DNA of 64,000 nt from Octopus vulgaris (GCA_951406725.2 OX597826.1:9548001-9612000); one strand, 5' to 3'; shown: positions 47,787 to 60,956, numbered from the stretch's first letter. The notes: generated by a model not told the origin, from the letters alone. Numbers and translations are program-made.

Positions 47787-50700
47787 TCATCATCATCATC
47801 ATCATCATCGTTTAGCGTCCGTTTTCCATGCTAGCATGGGTTGGACGGTTCTACTGGGGTCTGTGAAGCCAGAAGGCTTCATCAGGCCCAGTCAAATCTG
47901 GCAGTGTTTCTACGGCTTGATGCCCTTCCTAACGCCAACCACTCCGTGAGTGTAGTGGGTGCTTTTTACGTGCCACCCGCACTGGTGCCAGACAGAGCTG
48001 GCAAACGGCCACGAACGGATGGTGCTTTTTATGTGCCACCGGCACGGAGCCAGGCGAGGCTGGCAACGGACACGAAACGGGGCGGTGCTGGCAACGGTCG
48101 CGAAACGGAAAGTTCTCTTACATGCCACCGGCACTGGTAACACATCTGCAATTTCCATTGATCGATTTCCATTGATCGATTTCGATTCTGATCGTCACTT
48201 GCCTCAACGGGTCTTCACAAGCAGAGTTTTGACATGCCACCGGCACTGGTAGCACATCCGCAATTTCCATTGATCGATTTCGATTCTGATCCTCACTTGC
48301 CTCATCACGTCTTCACAAGTAGAGTTTTGTGTCCCAAGAAGGGAAGGTATGCATACGTAGGCTGGCTCCATCCCATGTAGAAGGCCACAGATTATGGACT
48401 CACTTGTCCTGCCGGGTCTTCTCGCGCACAGCACACTTCCAGAGGTCTCGGTCTCTAGTCATTTCCTCAGTGAGACCTAAAGTTCGAAGGTCGTGCTTCA
48501 CCACCTCGTCCCAGGTTTTCCTGGGTCTGCCTCTTCCACAGGTTCCCTCAACCGCTAGGGTGTGGCACTTTTTCACACAACTATCTTCATCCATTCTCGC
48601 CACATGACCATACCAGCGCAAACGTCTCTCTTGCACACCACAACTGATGCTTCTTAGGTCCAGCTTTTCTCTCAAGGTACTTACACTCTGCCGAGTGTGA
48701 GTACCGGCATTACACATCCATCGGAGCATACTGGCTTCATTTCTAGCGAGCTTACGCATATCCTCAGCAGTCACGGCCCATGTTTCACTGCCATGTAGCA
48801 TGGCTGTTCGTACACACGCATCATACAGTCTGCCTTTCACTCTGTGCGAGAGGCCTTTTGTCACCAGCAGAGGTAAGAGCTCTCTGAACTTTGCCCAAGC
48901 TATTCTTACTCTAGCAGTTACACTTTCAGCACACCCGCCCCCGCTGCTGACCTGGTCACCTAGGTAACGGAAACTATCAACTATTTCTAGTTTTTCTCCC
49001 TGGAAAGTGACGGAAGTTGGTCTCAGAGCATTTTCAGTGTTTATTGTTCCTGAGCATCTGCCACATACAAAAACCATCTTCCTAGTTAGCCTTCCTTTGA
49101 CATTGCTGCATCTCTTATGTGTCCATAGCTTACACTTGGTGCATCTTATAGAGTTTCTACCTACACCTTTTCTACAGATCGAGCAGGGCCATCTACCTGA
49201 AGGTGTTTGTGATTTGTCTACCTTCCTACTGATTACGACTTTGGTTTTAGCTAGATTGACTCTGAGGCCCTTCGATTCTAATCCTTGTTTCCACACCTGA
49301 AACTTCTCCTCCAGTTCTGATAGCGACTCAGCAATTAGAGCAAGGTCATCAGCATAGAGGAGCTCCCAAGGGCATCCTGTCTTGAATTCCTCCGTTATTG
49401 CCTGGAGGACTATGATAAATAGGAGGGGGCTGAGTACTGAGCCTTGGTGGACTCCTACCTCTACCCGGAATTCTTCACTGTACACATTTCCAACCCTCAC
49501 CCTACTAGCAGCATCCCTGTACATGGCCCGCACAGCTCTCACTAACCATTCATCTATCCCTAGTTTCCTCATTGCCCACCAGATAAGGGATCGGGGGACC
49601 CTGTCGAAGGCTTTCTCCATGTCAACAAAAGCCAGGTACAGGGGCTTATCTTTGGCTAGGTATTTCTCCTGCAGCTGCCTTACCAGGAATATAGCATCAG
49701 TAGTACTTTTCCCTGGCACAAACCCAAACTGCATCTCATCTAAACTAACTCTCTCTCTAATTAGTTGGGCTATGACCCTCTCCGTAACCTTCATCACCTG
49801 GTCCAACAGCTTGATACCTCTGTAGTTATTTGTATCTAGGGCATCACCTTTACCTTTGTAGCAGTTGACTATTATACTGCTACACCAGTCATTGGGTATG
49901 ACCCCTTTGTGTATCACCTGATTAACTATACGGGTGACTAGGCTATAGCCGACACTACCAGACATTTTGAGCATCTCTGCAGTGATTCCTGATGGGCCTG
50001 GGGCTTTCCCTGTCTTCATGCTTCTAATTGCCTTAGCTACCACGGAACTATCAACTCGGATAGCTGGTCCCTCTGTTGGGTCAACATTCGGCAGACTCTC
50101 TTTATCCCATTCATTTTCTTCATTCAGCAACCTTTCATAGTGGCATCTCCAAACCTCTCTCTTTGCATCTTCATTTAGCGCAAGTGAACCATCTTCCATG
50201 CGAACACACTTCTCTCCTACCACATCACGATTCTCTCTCACACACTGTCTTGCAACACGAAACACCTCCAGTCTTTGGTCCTCACGGCGCAGAACATTGG
50301 CAAATTTTTTCTTATCTGCTTCCCCTCTGGCTAAATAAACCTGTCTCCTAGCTTCTCTTTTGGCAGTCTGATACAATCCCCTGCTACCCCCATTTTTCCA
50401 GACCTTCCAAGCCTGTCTCTTTTCTCTAATAGCCCTGTCTACAATATTGTTCCACCACCACGTTATTCTAGGTCGAGAGGGGACTTTGCACCAGCCACAG
50501 ATCTGGTCAGTGGCTCTCAGCAGGTTGTCCCTTAGAAACGTCCAGCTGTCTTCTACCCCCTGTGATGCTCTATCCCCTTCTACTTCGTCAGAGGCTTCAA
50601 GTAATATGTCCCTAAATCTCTGTCCATTTGCAGGATCTTTAAGCTTCCAGATCCTTCTTCTCCATATTTGTCGTCTTCTGGTTGTCCTCCTAGTCCTGAT

Positions 50701-51132
50701 CCTAAAGTCACTAACTACCAGTCTATGTTGTGGGGTACATTCTTCACCTGGGAAGGTTTTGGCATTTATAAGCAGCCATCTCTCCCTTTGCCTTGTAAGG
50801 ATGTAGTCAATTTGGCTGGTATGTTGGCCCGATTGGTAAGTGACTAGATGGCTGGTAGGTTTCCTGAAGTTAGTGTTGCAAATCATAAGATTATTTGCAT
50901 CGCAGAACTCCAGCAGCCTGGTTCCCTCCTCGTTGCGGGAGCCATAGCCATAGCCTCCATGTACGCCATGGAAGCCCACAGCATGTCGTCCAACGTGACC
51001 ATTGAAGTCACCAGCCACAAAGATAAGGTCTCTGTCGTTCGTCAACGAGGTAGTCTGCAGTAGAGTGTCATAGAATCGGTCTTTCTGTCCATCGGGTAGC
51101 CCCGACTGAGGAGCATAGGCTGATATAATGGT
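47787..51132 (-). mobile_element. 5'-truncated RTE LINE, copy 1 (3.3 kb)
   Basis: Partial APE endonuclease plus RT in one uninterrupted frame, ~600 bp 3' UTR, (TGA)n tail; both ends in (TA)n. Confidence 0.97.
48400..51132 (-). CDS. RTE APE endonuclease/reverse transcriptase polyprotein (5'-truncated) with internal PHD finger
   Basis: EN motifs [26 protein letters not shown]; RT motifs [35 protein letters not shown]. First ~15 aa of the track ORF are microsatellite. Confidence 0.96.
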   Translation of the reverse strand, partial: TIISAYAPQSGLPDGQKDRFYDTLLQTTSLTNDRDLIFVAGDFNGHVGRHAVGFHGVHGGYGYGSRNEEGTRLLEFCDANNLMICNTNFRKPTSHLVTYQSGQHTSQIDYILTRQRERWLLINAKTFPGEECTPQHRLVVSDFRIRTRRTTRRRQIWRRRIWKLKDPANGQRFRDILLEASDEVEGDRASQGVEDSWTFLRDNLLRATDQICGWCKVPSRPRITWWWNNIVDRAIREKRQAWKVWKNGGSRGLYQTAKREARRQVYLARGEADKKKFANVLRREDQRLEVFRVARQCVRENRDVVGEKCVRMEDGSLALNEDAKREVWRCHYERLLNEENEWDKESLPNVDPTEGPAIRVDSSVVAKAIRSMKTGKAPGPSGITAEMLKMSGSVGYSLVTRIVNQVIHKGVIPNDWCSSIIVNCYKGKGDALDTNNYRGIKLLDQVMKVTERVIAQLIRERVSLDEMQFGFVPGKSTTDAIFLVRQLQEKYLAKDKPLYLAFVDMEKAFDRVPRSLIWWAMRKLGIDEWLVRAVRAMYRDAASRVRVGNVYSEEFRVEVGVHQGSVLSPLLFIIVLQAITEEFKTGCPWELLYADDLALIAESLSELEEKFQVWKQGLESKGLRVNLAKTKVVISRKVDKSQTPSGRWPCSICRKGVGRNSIRCTKCKLWTHKRCSNVKGRLTRKMVFVCGRCSGTINTENALRPTSVTFQGEKLEIVDSFRYLGDQVSSGGGCAESVTARVRIAWAKFRELLPLLVTKGLSHRVKGRLYDACVRTAMLHGSETWAVTAEDMRKLARNEASMLRWMCNAGTHTRQSVSTLREKLDLRSISCGVQERRLRWYGHVARMDEDSCVKKCHTLAVEGTCGRGRPRKTWDEVVKHDLRTLGLTEEMTRDRDLWKCAVREKTRQDK

Positions 51133-51176
51133 TATATATATATATACACACATATATATATATATATATATACACA

Positions 51177-51261
<85 letters not shown>

Positions 51262-51319
51262 ATATATATACACATATATATATATATACACATATATATA
51301 TATATATATACACATATAT
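51133..51319. repeat. (TA)n/(CA)(TA)n microsatellite between two oppositely oriented RTE insertions
   Basis: Directly visible. Confidence 0.95.
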
Positions 51320-51757
51320 AAAGCACCAGTGGCACGTAAAAGCACCATCCGTTCGTGTCCGTTGCCAGCCTCGCCTGGCCCCCGTGCCGGTGACACGTAA
51401 AAGCACCATCCGTTCGTGGCTGTTTGCCAGCTCTGTCTGGCCCTGTGTCGGTGGCACCTAAAAGCACCATCCGTTCGTGTCCGTTGTCAGCATTGCCTGG
51501 CTCCGTGCCGGTGACACGTAAAAGCACCATCCGTTCGTGGCCGTTTGCCAGCTCTGTCTGGCACCTGTGTAGGTGGCACGTAAAAAACACCCACTACACT
51601 CATGGAGTGGTTGGCGTTAGGAAGGGCATCCAGCCGTAGAAACACTGCCAGATCTGACAGGGCCTCACGAAGCCTTCCAGCTTCACAGACCCCAGTTGAA
51701 CCGTCCAACCCATGCTAGCATGGAAAGCGGATGCTAAATGATGATGAAGATGATGAT
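51320..51757 (+). mobile_element. RTE 3'-UTR fragment (five units), same subfamily as copy 1, opposite orientation
   Basis: Shares diagnostic CATCCGTTCGTGGCCGTTTGCCAGCTCTGTCTGGCAC and GGGCCT...GAAGCCTTC..GCTTCACAGACCCC with 47787-48075. Confidence 0.9.
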
Positions 51758-51801
<44 letters not shown>

Positions 51802-54197
51802 TTCATATGTACAAAAAAAAAAAGGCAGAGACAGGTGAGAGAACAAGCAAGGCGTATTAGTTTGACATGTCAGGATTAATAGTTCTACATGCTGAAATGA
51901 CCAGAAGGAAGAGGTCAGTGGAATGGGATATAACTGTGACCTGGCTAAACTGGAGCATGCAAGCGCATGTGTGTGTGTGAGGTCGGTGTGTGTTAGTGTA
52001 TATGTGTGTGTGGGCAAGCGCATATGTATGCATCAACAAGATGAGCATCTTTCAGTTTCTGTCAACCACTCACAAGATTTTGGTCAACCTGCATAGACAT
52101 ACATAGTTATGTACTCACACACTTGCACGTACATATGTATATATATGTATATATATCATGATACATCTATGTTACTGGGATGTGCTCCCAGTCTCAGTGA
52201 AGATAGGCAAGTCTACCTAGGCAAGTCTACCTACCCAAATGAAAACTGTATATATGAAGACTGTTAAACACCAAAAAATTATTTCCAGTTCCTTATAAAA
52301 TTCCTAATTCGTGGTTGTAATTTAGTGTGTTATTCAGCGAATGGCTCCAATTTTGATGTTACACAATCACATATTGCTCTGCCTTTCATGTTTAATCTAT
52401 ATACCAAGCATAGCAGTATTAATTGCATGTGCCATGAGTCAGTTCCCTAATTCAAAAAATATAGTGAAAAATAGAGGCTGAATGATATATGCTTACACAC
52501 TATATCATCACAGTGTGAGGAATGTGCATGATGTGTATGTTGACTTTACACGTCTTTGATTGTGTTGATTGAACTAATTTTAAGATAGATTTTATTTTAT
52601 GCAAGTGTATAAAAGAGCAATATTGAAACTATGTGTGTGTCTGTAAATAAAAGTGTGTAAAGATACACAAATATGTGTATTGATATGTTTGTTGACATGA
52701 GTGCAAATGTACAACTACGTGAGTTTTTTTTTTCCTAAATATGTGTTTGATTGGTGGGGTGTTATGTAATATCATCATCATTCTCTTCATCCTCATCATT
52801 TTATGTCTACTTTTCATAGATTGGATAGGTTGATTGAGTCAGATACAGCTCACTTATATGCTTCATCTTTAGTATGTCCTCCTCAACAATAACCACTTTA
52901 CAGAGTGTACTGAGAGCATTTTAAGATGGCACCAGCATTAGAAGAGTTGTATTGTCCTCTGCAAGACTAAAGAGTCCTCTCTTTTCCATGTTTTCTCCAT
53001 TATTTCAAAGCAAATGAAATCAAAAGAGTAAATTGAAGATAAGGGTATGTGTGTATTAGAGAGAAAAAAGAGTAATAGGACTGAGAGTTTGATAAGGGAA
53101 GGAGTAATGGAAGCAGGATACAGTGATAGCTACATGATGGTTGTTGGTAAGAATTTTTAATTTCTCTTGTAGAAATTTTAATTTCTCTTGTAAACTTGTT
53201 ATTGTAGGTCACTTGCATATAAGCATTTATTTTAGTTTTAAGTAAATGCACATCAATATTTATAGCGCAATATTGCAGAGACATTTTTCTTTGTTTGTTT
53301 CAAACTCCTTAGTTTGTCCCTTAAAAACCTGCAGCATGTAATAGGTTGCCATCACTGCAATAGGAGAACCAATTAAGTATAACCGTTTTCAAAGAATCTT
53401 GTAGATGATTTATTTGAAGACTCACCAGTAGTACGTCTGCGTTATCAGCCTCTTTGTTCTTGTGTTTTTTTTTTGTTTTGTATATTAAGAAGCCTGTAGT
53501 CTTCCACTATAACCTACACTGTAACTTTACTTCCAAACACCAAATCTTACAAAAATTATTTCATATATATATATATATATGAAATCACAATTAACTCTAG
53601 TTAATTATGGTTTGGTAACATACATTTTGGCCTAGGGGTTTTTTCGGTCTGCTATGAATTTGTAAGCAAAAGTCATTATTCTTGCATTAAATTGACTTTT
53701 CTGTTTTGTTTTTTGTTTTGCTTTATTCATACTATGCAATTTAAATATATTACAATAATTATTTACCAACCTAACTAGATTATTTCTTCCAGCATCTAAT
53801 TATTCTCTTTGATTCAAGTTTACCAGCTGACAGCTTCCATCCAGTTAATTCACCAAATTTATGGACAGTATAGAATGAGTCATGGACCTCTGAATTATCT
53901 TGACATTGCCGGAGCATAATCTAAACTTTTGATTCCCATTGCCGTCAACATATTGTGCACTTTTTTTTTTGTCTTGTCCTTTCTGCTAATCCATTCCAGT
54001 ATAAACATTCTCTTATCTTTCATGATATGCAAACAGAATTTACTGATTCCGGCTCTTTCACAATAAACTTACTTCAACCTTGACCAGTATAATTTGACAA
54101 ATAAGTAGTACAAATCTTCACAGCCAGAGATATATATTTCAGGCAAGAAAAAAGAAAAAAAAGACCTTTAATTTATGCAGCAGTGTGATTTTATTTA

Positions 54198-54259
<62 letters not shown>

Positions 54260-54417
54260 ATGTTTATACATATATTATTTTTTAGTTCAGATGCATAGAT
54301 CATAACAAAAGTTGTAAATATATCAGAATGGCTTCTCTGCTTGAACCCTGTTGGCATTCGGATCAATAAATACTTGCTCTTGCTGCTGCCTGGAATATAT
54401 CATTAACACTTACATAC

Positions 54418-54483
54418 CATTTCCATTCTGGAATCGGCTACTCTTGAGATGCTCTCAATAACAGATATATCGAAAATTCTCTT
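54418..54483 (-). CDS. Candidate host exon (KRIFDISVIESISRVADSRMEM)
   Basis: ctactttag acceptor, gtatgt (or gtaagt 4 nt further) donor, open frame in phase with 54842-54952. No homology recognised. Confidence 0.25.
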
Positions 54484-54841
54484 CTAAAGTAGAGTCACTT
54501 TAAGTGTTCATAAACTGAATTGGTGTTATGTAAACTAAACGGCTTCTGTTTTCATTACCGCAGACTATTGCTCGCGAATTATACATTTGAAATGAGATCA
54601 ACTTTTATAACCTATTAGAAATTTTATGCTGATTAAGTCTTGAGTTGTGATGTTTTTACAGTGATAGATCAGAAGTTGTATGATTTAGTAGGTGTTAGCT
54701 AAAGTCATTACTGTGGGCCCCTGTCAAATAAGTATAATGGAAGAAAGATCGACTTCTATGGAATGTTAAAGAATTGTCATGCTATGGTTCCATCCCAGAC
54801 TTAGTAGTACTTTCTGAAAGACGGTAGAGCACTAAACCTAC

Positions 54842-54952
54842 AGTTTTATGTCTCCCTGTAGAAGATTCGTCTAAATCAACTTTGCCATTTTTCTGTTCTT
54901 TTGTATGAAGATTGTGAGCTTGAATAAGTTTGTATCCCTTTGCATCTGAGAT
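54842..54952 (-). CDS. Candidate host exon (ISDAKGYKLIQAHNLHTKEQKNGKVDLDESSTGRHKT)
   Basis: aatttttctag acceptor, gtaggt donor, 111 nt open phase 0-0. No homology recognised. Confidence 0.3.
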
Positions 54953-55118
54953 CTAGAAAAATTAAGATTTTCTATTTCTACTACAAAAGAACTAAATTGC
55001 AGCATCAGATTCCCAATCTCTCCATGCTTCATGAATTTCACTGTACATTCTTTGCTGGTACAGGCCACTGCCAGTTTCCTCAAGTTGTTTTTCCTTTTCA
55101 CTGTTCTTTTGTTTGTGT

Positions 55119-55322
55119 GCCTTCACATTACACTATGGCCTTCACATTACACAATGACTTTTACATTACAGTATGGCCTTCACATTACACTATGACTTTT
55201 ATATTACACTATGATTTTCACATTACACTATAGTCTTCACATTATGCTATAACTTCCACATCACGTTATGGCCTTCACATTACACCATCTACCTTCACAT
55301 TACACTACATTCATTCACATTA
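55119..55322. repeat. 19 bp minisatellite GCCTTCACATTACACTATG (about 11 units)
   Basis: Directly visible. Confidence 0.9.
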
Positions 55323-56839
55323 GGCCATCTGTGGTCTGGTTTTGTTGGTTGTTGGATTCATTATTGTGAGGTCATGTTTTTGATTAAGGCTCTTCGTTTC
55401 ATGTTACTCCAGTCCTCCCTGTTGTAAACGAATACAAGTAAGAATTGGGGTTAACCTGATGACAAATTTGCATCTCATCTGGCAGGAGTCTTCAACTGTT
55501 GAAGTAGTGATTACCCGACATTTCATTTGTGCTCCAGAAAATTTATCACAATAGCCCAAGTTTCCCATGGCCTCTACACCCACACATACACACACACACT
55601 TCAATTTATTTTAGCTATCACAGATAAGACTATGCTGGAGCATTGTGTATAATTTGTTGAATAAAATATGTACTTAATAAAATAAGTTAAATAGATAAAT
55701 AAAAAACAATAAGTAAGAACTTAGTTCACTATCAATAATAGTATTGATTTAGTATTGTTTTACAGTCTCTTACTTGTTTTGAATAATTCTGCTTTTAGTA
55801 TTCTTACCAACCAATCATTTATCTGTAAAATATGTTCTATCTACCCCTTTCATCCTAGTTATTTTTCTTTTATTCTAAATGGTGTCATTTAGTTGTTTGA
55901 TAAGTCAGTGAAGAGAACCTATATGTAGTCAATCAATTTGCTAGAAATAGCATCCAAAAATCCCTCAAATTCCACTTGTCATCATTATTGTTTCAACATC
56001 TACTTTTCCATGCTAGCATGGGTTGTATGGGGTTTATTGGGGCAATTTTTCTTTGACCAGATGCTCTTCCAGTCACTAACCCTCACTTGTTTCCAAACAA
56101 GGTAATATTTCCTCATGGCCAGACATGTTTTGCAGAAGACTGAAAAGGAATAACCTTCATTTACAACAATCACACAATGTCTTAAAAAAGGGAAGGACCC
56201 TCTGAACTAGTAGTTTTGGATGCAGGAATGCTCTGAAGTTAAGAAGTTTGTGCTTCACATTCATGACATTCTGGGTTCAGTCTCATTGCATGCCACCTTG
56301 AGTAAATGTCTTTTACCATAACTGCAGATCAACCAAAGCTTTTTGAATGAAATTGGACGTAAACTGCACAGAATTCCATCCAGAAGTCAGGTCATCTGTA
56401 CATGTTCTGTGGCAGTAGACTTAAGCTCTCACCCAGTTGAACACCACTAACTGGTCTTTCAGTACTTTGATCCAAATCCACACTGTAACAGGTATTTGGA
56501 CCAAGTATCTGGTCTGGAGATAACCTATGGGTTGTGGTTCAATCTTTCTTTTGTCCAACCAGCCTTGAGACTTTGGCTAAGTTATAACCAGTAAAACAGA
56601 CATATAAATCATGATGTCTGAAGAAAAAAGGTGAAATGGTTCTGGCTAGAACTTCAGCATCACAAGTCATCAATATATACATACCAGCTGCCAGGAATGT
56701 GTTTGATATGTAAAATTGGTAGACCCAATAATATTACAGCGCAATATTTTGTGGCTATTTAAGAAATGAGTTTGAGGATGGTTAATGTGTTTGGATGTGT
56801 TGTTGATGAAAGAGCAAGAACTCTTGAAGTACCCATTAC

Positions 56840-56930
56840 CCATTTCTCATCTTCAATCTCATTGTTGTTTACATCAGGCATATTCAGATATGATATGTCA
56901 TAACGAATGGTTATAATTTCTACAGAAAAC
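56840..56930 (-). CDS. Candidate host exon (FSVEIITIRYDISYLNMPDVNNNEIEDEKW)
   Basis: ttatctttacag|G acceptor, gtaatg donor, ends in phase 0 compatible with 54842-54952. No homology recognised. Confidence 0.3.
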
Positions 56931-56944
56931 CTGTAAAGATAACA

Positions 56945-57049
56945 AACCACATGCTTACCAACCATATGGGCAAATGTCTCTTACTATAGCCTCGAGCCAA
57001 CCAAAGCCTTGTGAGTGGATTTGGTAGACGGAAACTGAAAGAAGCCCGT

Positions 57050-57083
<34 letters not shown>

Positions 57084-58085
57084 TATATGTTTGTATGTTT
57101 GTGTTTGTCCCCCCGCCATTGCTTCACAATTGATGTTGGTGTGTTTATGTCCCCATAACTTAATGGTTCAGCAAAAGAGATTGATAGAACAAGTACTAGG
57201 CTTACAAAGAATAGGTCCTACTACAAAACAACTATATTGCAGCATCAGATTCCCATTCTCTCCATGTTACATGAATTTTACTGTACCTTCTTTGCTGGTA
57301 GAGGCCACTGCCAGTTTTCTCAAGTTTTTTTTTCCTTTTCACTGTTCTTTCGTTCATGTGCCTTCACATTACACAATGGCCGTCACATTACATCATCATC
57401 ATCATTGTTCGACCGTGGTCGAGACAATGGAATTTACCATGCTACGCCAGACTTCACGGTCCATCATGGCATTACAGAGGTCCTGTTGCTGGATGCCTGT
57501 ATCCCTGGAGATTACATCAGGGTAGGAGAGTGTGCGCCCCCTGGTATTGAGAGTAGATGGCTTCCAAAGGAGAAGAGGAGAAATTGCCTCGTTTTCAGCT
57601 CTACAACAATGTCCAGCAAACTGGACTCTCTTACCTTTCACAAGAGATGATACAGGTGGTAGTTTCCCATATATTTGCATTTTGGTTGGATGGCGCTTCC
57701 ACGAGAGATTTTGAGCTCTCATAAGGAGGTGAGTGTAAGTTCCATCCAACCGCCTCTCAAGCTTCTTTGATAACGTCCAGGTTTCTGAGCCATATAGTAG
57801 AATTGGTTTGACTGTGGCTTTGAAGATTTTAAGTTTGAAGTCTCTACTTAGATTTGATGACCAGATCTTATGCATGTCATTACAGGCTGACCAGGCCATA
57901 CCCTTTCTAGTTAGAAAGTCTTTTCCAGATGATGATATGTATGACCCAAGATATTTGTAATCAGAAACCATATTTAAGGGCGCATTGTTGAGAGTATGGA
58001 TGATACATTACACTATGGCCTTCAACTAAAGGTGTTGCTCCAGCGTGGCCACATTCAAATGACTGAAACAAATAAAAGGAAAAGA
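56945..58085 (+). mobile_element. SINE family A interrupted by a duplicated segment and a nested LINE
   Basis: SINE 56945-57219, resumes at ~58021 (AACTAAAGGTGTTGCTCCAGC...GAAACAAATAAAAGG). Confidence 0.85.
57393..58004 (-). mobile_element. 5'-truncated RTE-like LINE (second family)
   Basis: Open frame YKYLGS...LLYGSETW...FAGHCCR...VEQ*, (TGA)n tail, 8 bp TSD ACATTACA (57385-57392, 58005-58012). Confidence 0.93.
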
Positions 58086-58282
58086 ATAACCTTAACAAGT
58101 CCTTTATCATAAGTCTGCTGGATCAGGGCTGCCATTGAACTAAACAGCAGCCACAGCAGACATCTAGTAGCTTTTTATATATTGCCTGTCATGTTTACAT
58201 GTTTTAGTCTAGCCTAAAACATTTCCTTCATCGTTAAGTACTTCTGATTCATTTTATTCAACTGTTCTATCAGTGCAAGCTT

Positions 58283-59101
58283 AGTTATGTAGTTAAGAAG
58301 CTTGCTTTCATTCATGTAGTTTTGGGTTCAATCCCACTGTGTAGCTTCTTGTGTAAGACCATCAAAGCCTTGTGGTAGACAGAACCTGAAAAGAAGCTTG
58401 TCATGTGTGTCTATGTGTATGCATATTTGTCATTTCTTTATTGCCCACCAGGGGGGGCTAAACACAGAGGGGACAAACAAGGACAGACAAACGGATTAAG
58501 TTGATTACATCAACCTCAGTGCATAACTGATACTTAGTTTATTGACCCTCGAAAGGATGAAAGGCAAAGTCGACCTCGGTGGAATTTGAACTCAGAATGT
58601 AATGGCGGATGAAATACCTATTTCTTTACTACCCACATGGGGCTAAACACAGAGAGGACAGACACTGACAAACAAACAGATTAAGTTGATTATATCGACC
58701 CCAGTGTGTAACTGATATTTATTTAATCGACCCCGAAAGGATGAAAGGCAAAGTCGACCTCGATGGAATTTGAACTCAGAACGTAAAGGCGGATGAAATA
58801 CCACTGAGCATTTCGCCCAGCATGCTAACGTTTTTGCCAGCTCGCCACCATGTGTATGCATGTTTGTGTGTACTTTTGTCCATGTAAATGGCTGTTAATG
58901 AACATCACTGTTGTACAAGTGATGTTGTCCATTTCCAGTCTTCCATGAATACATGTCTGGCCATAGGAAAATATTACCCTGCTAAGAAACAGGTGAGGGT
59001 TGGTGATAGAAAGAGCATCTGGCTGTAGGAAAAAAATCTGCCTCAACTAATTTCATCTGACCCATACAAGCATAGAAAAGTGGACGTTAAATGATGATGA
59101 T
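58283..59101 (+). mobile_element. SINE A' (head ~58283-58405, tail ~58860-59101) with SINE-B dimer inserted in its microsatellite
   Basis: Tail ends GACCCATACAAGCATAGAAAAGTGGACGTTAAATGATGATGA. Confidence 0.7.
58432..58848 (-). mobile_element. SINE family B dimer (full unit plus head-less unit)
   Basis: Junction ...AAAGAAATA|GGTATTTC... on minus strand at ~58618. Confidence 0.88.
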
Positions 59102-59839
59102 GTTCCTTTGGGCAATTAATTATCATTGATCATTGCTGATTGATCAAATCTGGTCCAGAGTAAATGGCATTGTTGGAGAAGAATCATAAACATTTGATGA
59201 TAATCAATTACTGCAATATACCAAATCAATACTACAGTTGCTGCTACTGCTGTTGTTGTTGTTGTTGTTGAGTCATAAGTCATCTCCAGTCTAGCAAACT
59301 TATGATCAAAGTCGTTCCTACCATGACTGTTTCATGGTTTTAAATTTATGATTAGCATGACATTATCTAATGTATCCTTTCTTTTCCCAAGACAGTTGGG
59401 AGTGATATGAAGGAGATTTGACTGCTATTTCTAGGAGGTCCAGTAAACACATAGAGCCCTTTCGTTGGCTCTTTGTTATTATTCTCATTGAATTATCATC
59501 ATCATCATCTTCATGTTATATTATCATGGACCAGAGAAATTCCTCTTTATTATTATGGTGGACTTTAATGGAATATTCACAGATCTAAACCATTTCTTTC
59601 CAAATCTGAAAAATGTCCCAGGGTATTGACCCATCAGTTTTCAGATATAAAGTTCTGTTCCTTTGTAAAGCATTCTTTTGTGTATTTGGCCAAATTAGGT
59701 GCTTCCTCCCCTCTTTGGATTAGTATCTGAAGGAATGGGCCATGGTCGTGTCTTTTACAGGCCTATCCAATACTGATGAGATTGGTATTAGCATTTGTCT
59801 CAAACAATTGTAAGGTTGCAAGAAAGACCGTGCTCCAGA

Positions 59840-60110
59840 GGGATAACATTCTAGAAGGAAGGATTGAGAATAATGGTTAATGGCTTGAATAATGGTTAAT
59901 GGCTTGGGAGATGGAGATTCGATGGGTCGTAGGAGATGGAAAGATGATTGAATCTGGAGTACCTGAGTGGAGGTGATACAAAACCAGCCAGCCCGGAGGT
60001 GCTGCAGCAAAGGCAGAGAGAGGAGACAGCATGTCTGTGACTTAGAAGTTGGAGTTTGTTGGTGAGCAATTTCTTGTCAATCAAATAGTCTTTCTTTAGA
60101 TGTAGTCTAG
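59840..60110 (-). mobile_element. Possible fossil CR1/L2/Jockey-group LINE 3' fragment
   Basis: Minus peptide LIDKKLLTNKLQLLSHRHAVSSLCL resembles the post-RT L..L.HRR.VASL.LFY segment; weak. Confidence 0.4.
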
Positions 60111-60362
60111 GATACCTGTATGTGTAGAAGCATTTGAGAGGGGCGGAGGTGTTATGCTCAAGTGTTGAGAGGCTAAAGTATGATCGAAGGACAAACACCT
60201 TTCCCCTATAGAAAGGTGTTTTTATATAGGCTACCTCATAATATATAAGGGTGGGAAGTAGTAGCTGCAAAGAAGATTGAGACGGTAGTGATGGAATGCC
60301 AGAATGAACTCTCAACATACTATATTTATATTGAGAAATCTTCCTTAGTTATTGTTGCTTAA

Positions 60363-60583
60363 CCCTTTCGTTACCAGCCCGGCTGAAAACGGCTCTGGCT
60401 CTTTAGTATAAATGTCTTGTTTTCATAAGTTTTGAATTCAAATCTTCCACCGAATCTTAGTTAAAATTAATGTTCCTAATACTAGCTTAATGATAACGAA
60501 GTTAATTTACTAAATTCTTTGTTATATTTAAAATAATTGAAAGAAACACAGAGCATCTCAAAATAAATACAGTAATGAAAGGG
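60363..60583. mobile_element. TTAA/piggyBac-type MITE, family 1
   Basis: TTAA TSDs and CCCTTTCGTTAC / GTAATGAAAGGG TIRs. Confidence 0.92.
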
Positions 60584-60736
60584 TTAACCCTAAATCAGTA
60601 CTGCTTGCACACTTACCTTTGGTCAAAAGTATTCTTTCTGCAACCACCCTTACTGGGATACTTATTATTATTGATTGTAAATAGCTGAGGCAGAAATTAG
60701 AACAGGATCTAAGTTTAGGCTTAATACAAGAATTAA

Positions 60737-60956
60737 TCCTTTGGCATTCAGACTCTTCTGTCAAATGTAATGCTTATTTATTCACTTCGTTTTGAATTTA
60801 TCCTCCATTATCCAGTAATCTCGAGATTTCAATGATCCGAATATTTATTTTTGGACTGACATTGTAGGATAGGTGTAAGAAGCTGGAGCTGGCCAGTTTG
60901 AACATAAAACAGGTAGAATATTTTAGCCAGGTATGGCTGGTTTAAATGCTGAAAGT
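60737..60956. mobile_element. TTAA MITE family 2 (degenerate, uninterrupted)
   Basis: TTAA-TCCTTTGGCATTC ... TTTAAATGCTGAAAG. Confidence 0.65.

Noticed and set aside
47860-47892. Minus-strand CTGATGA-AGCC-ttct-GGCT in the RTE UTR as a hammerhead
   Set aside because: Stem is followed by TCAC rather than GAAA, and CTGATGA is not kept in the sister copy at ~51665.
45988-51063. Plus-strand ORFs overlapping the RTE copies
   Set aside because: Antisense shadows of the LINE ORF with no independent coding signal.
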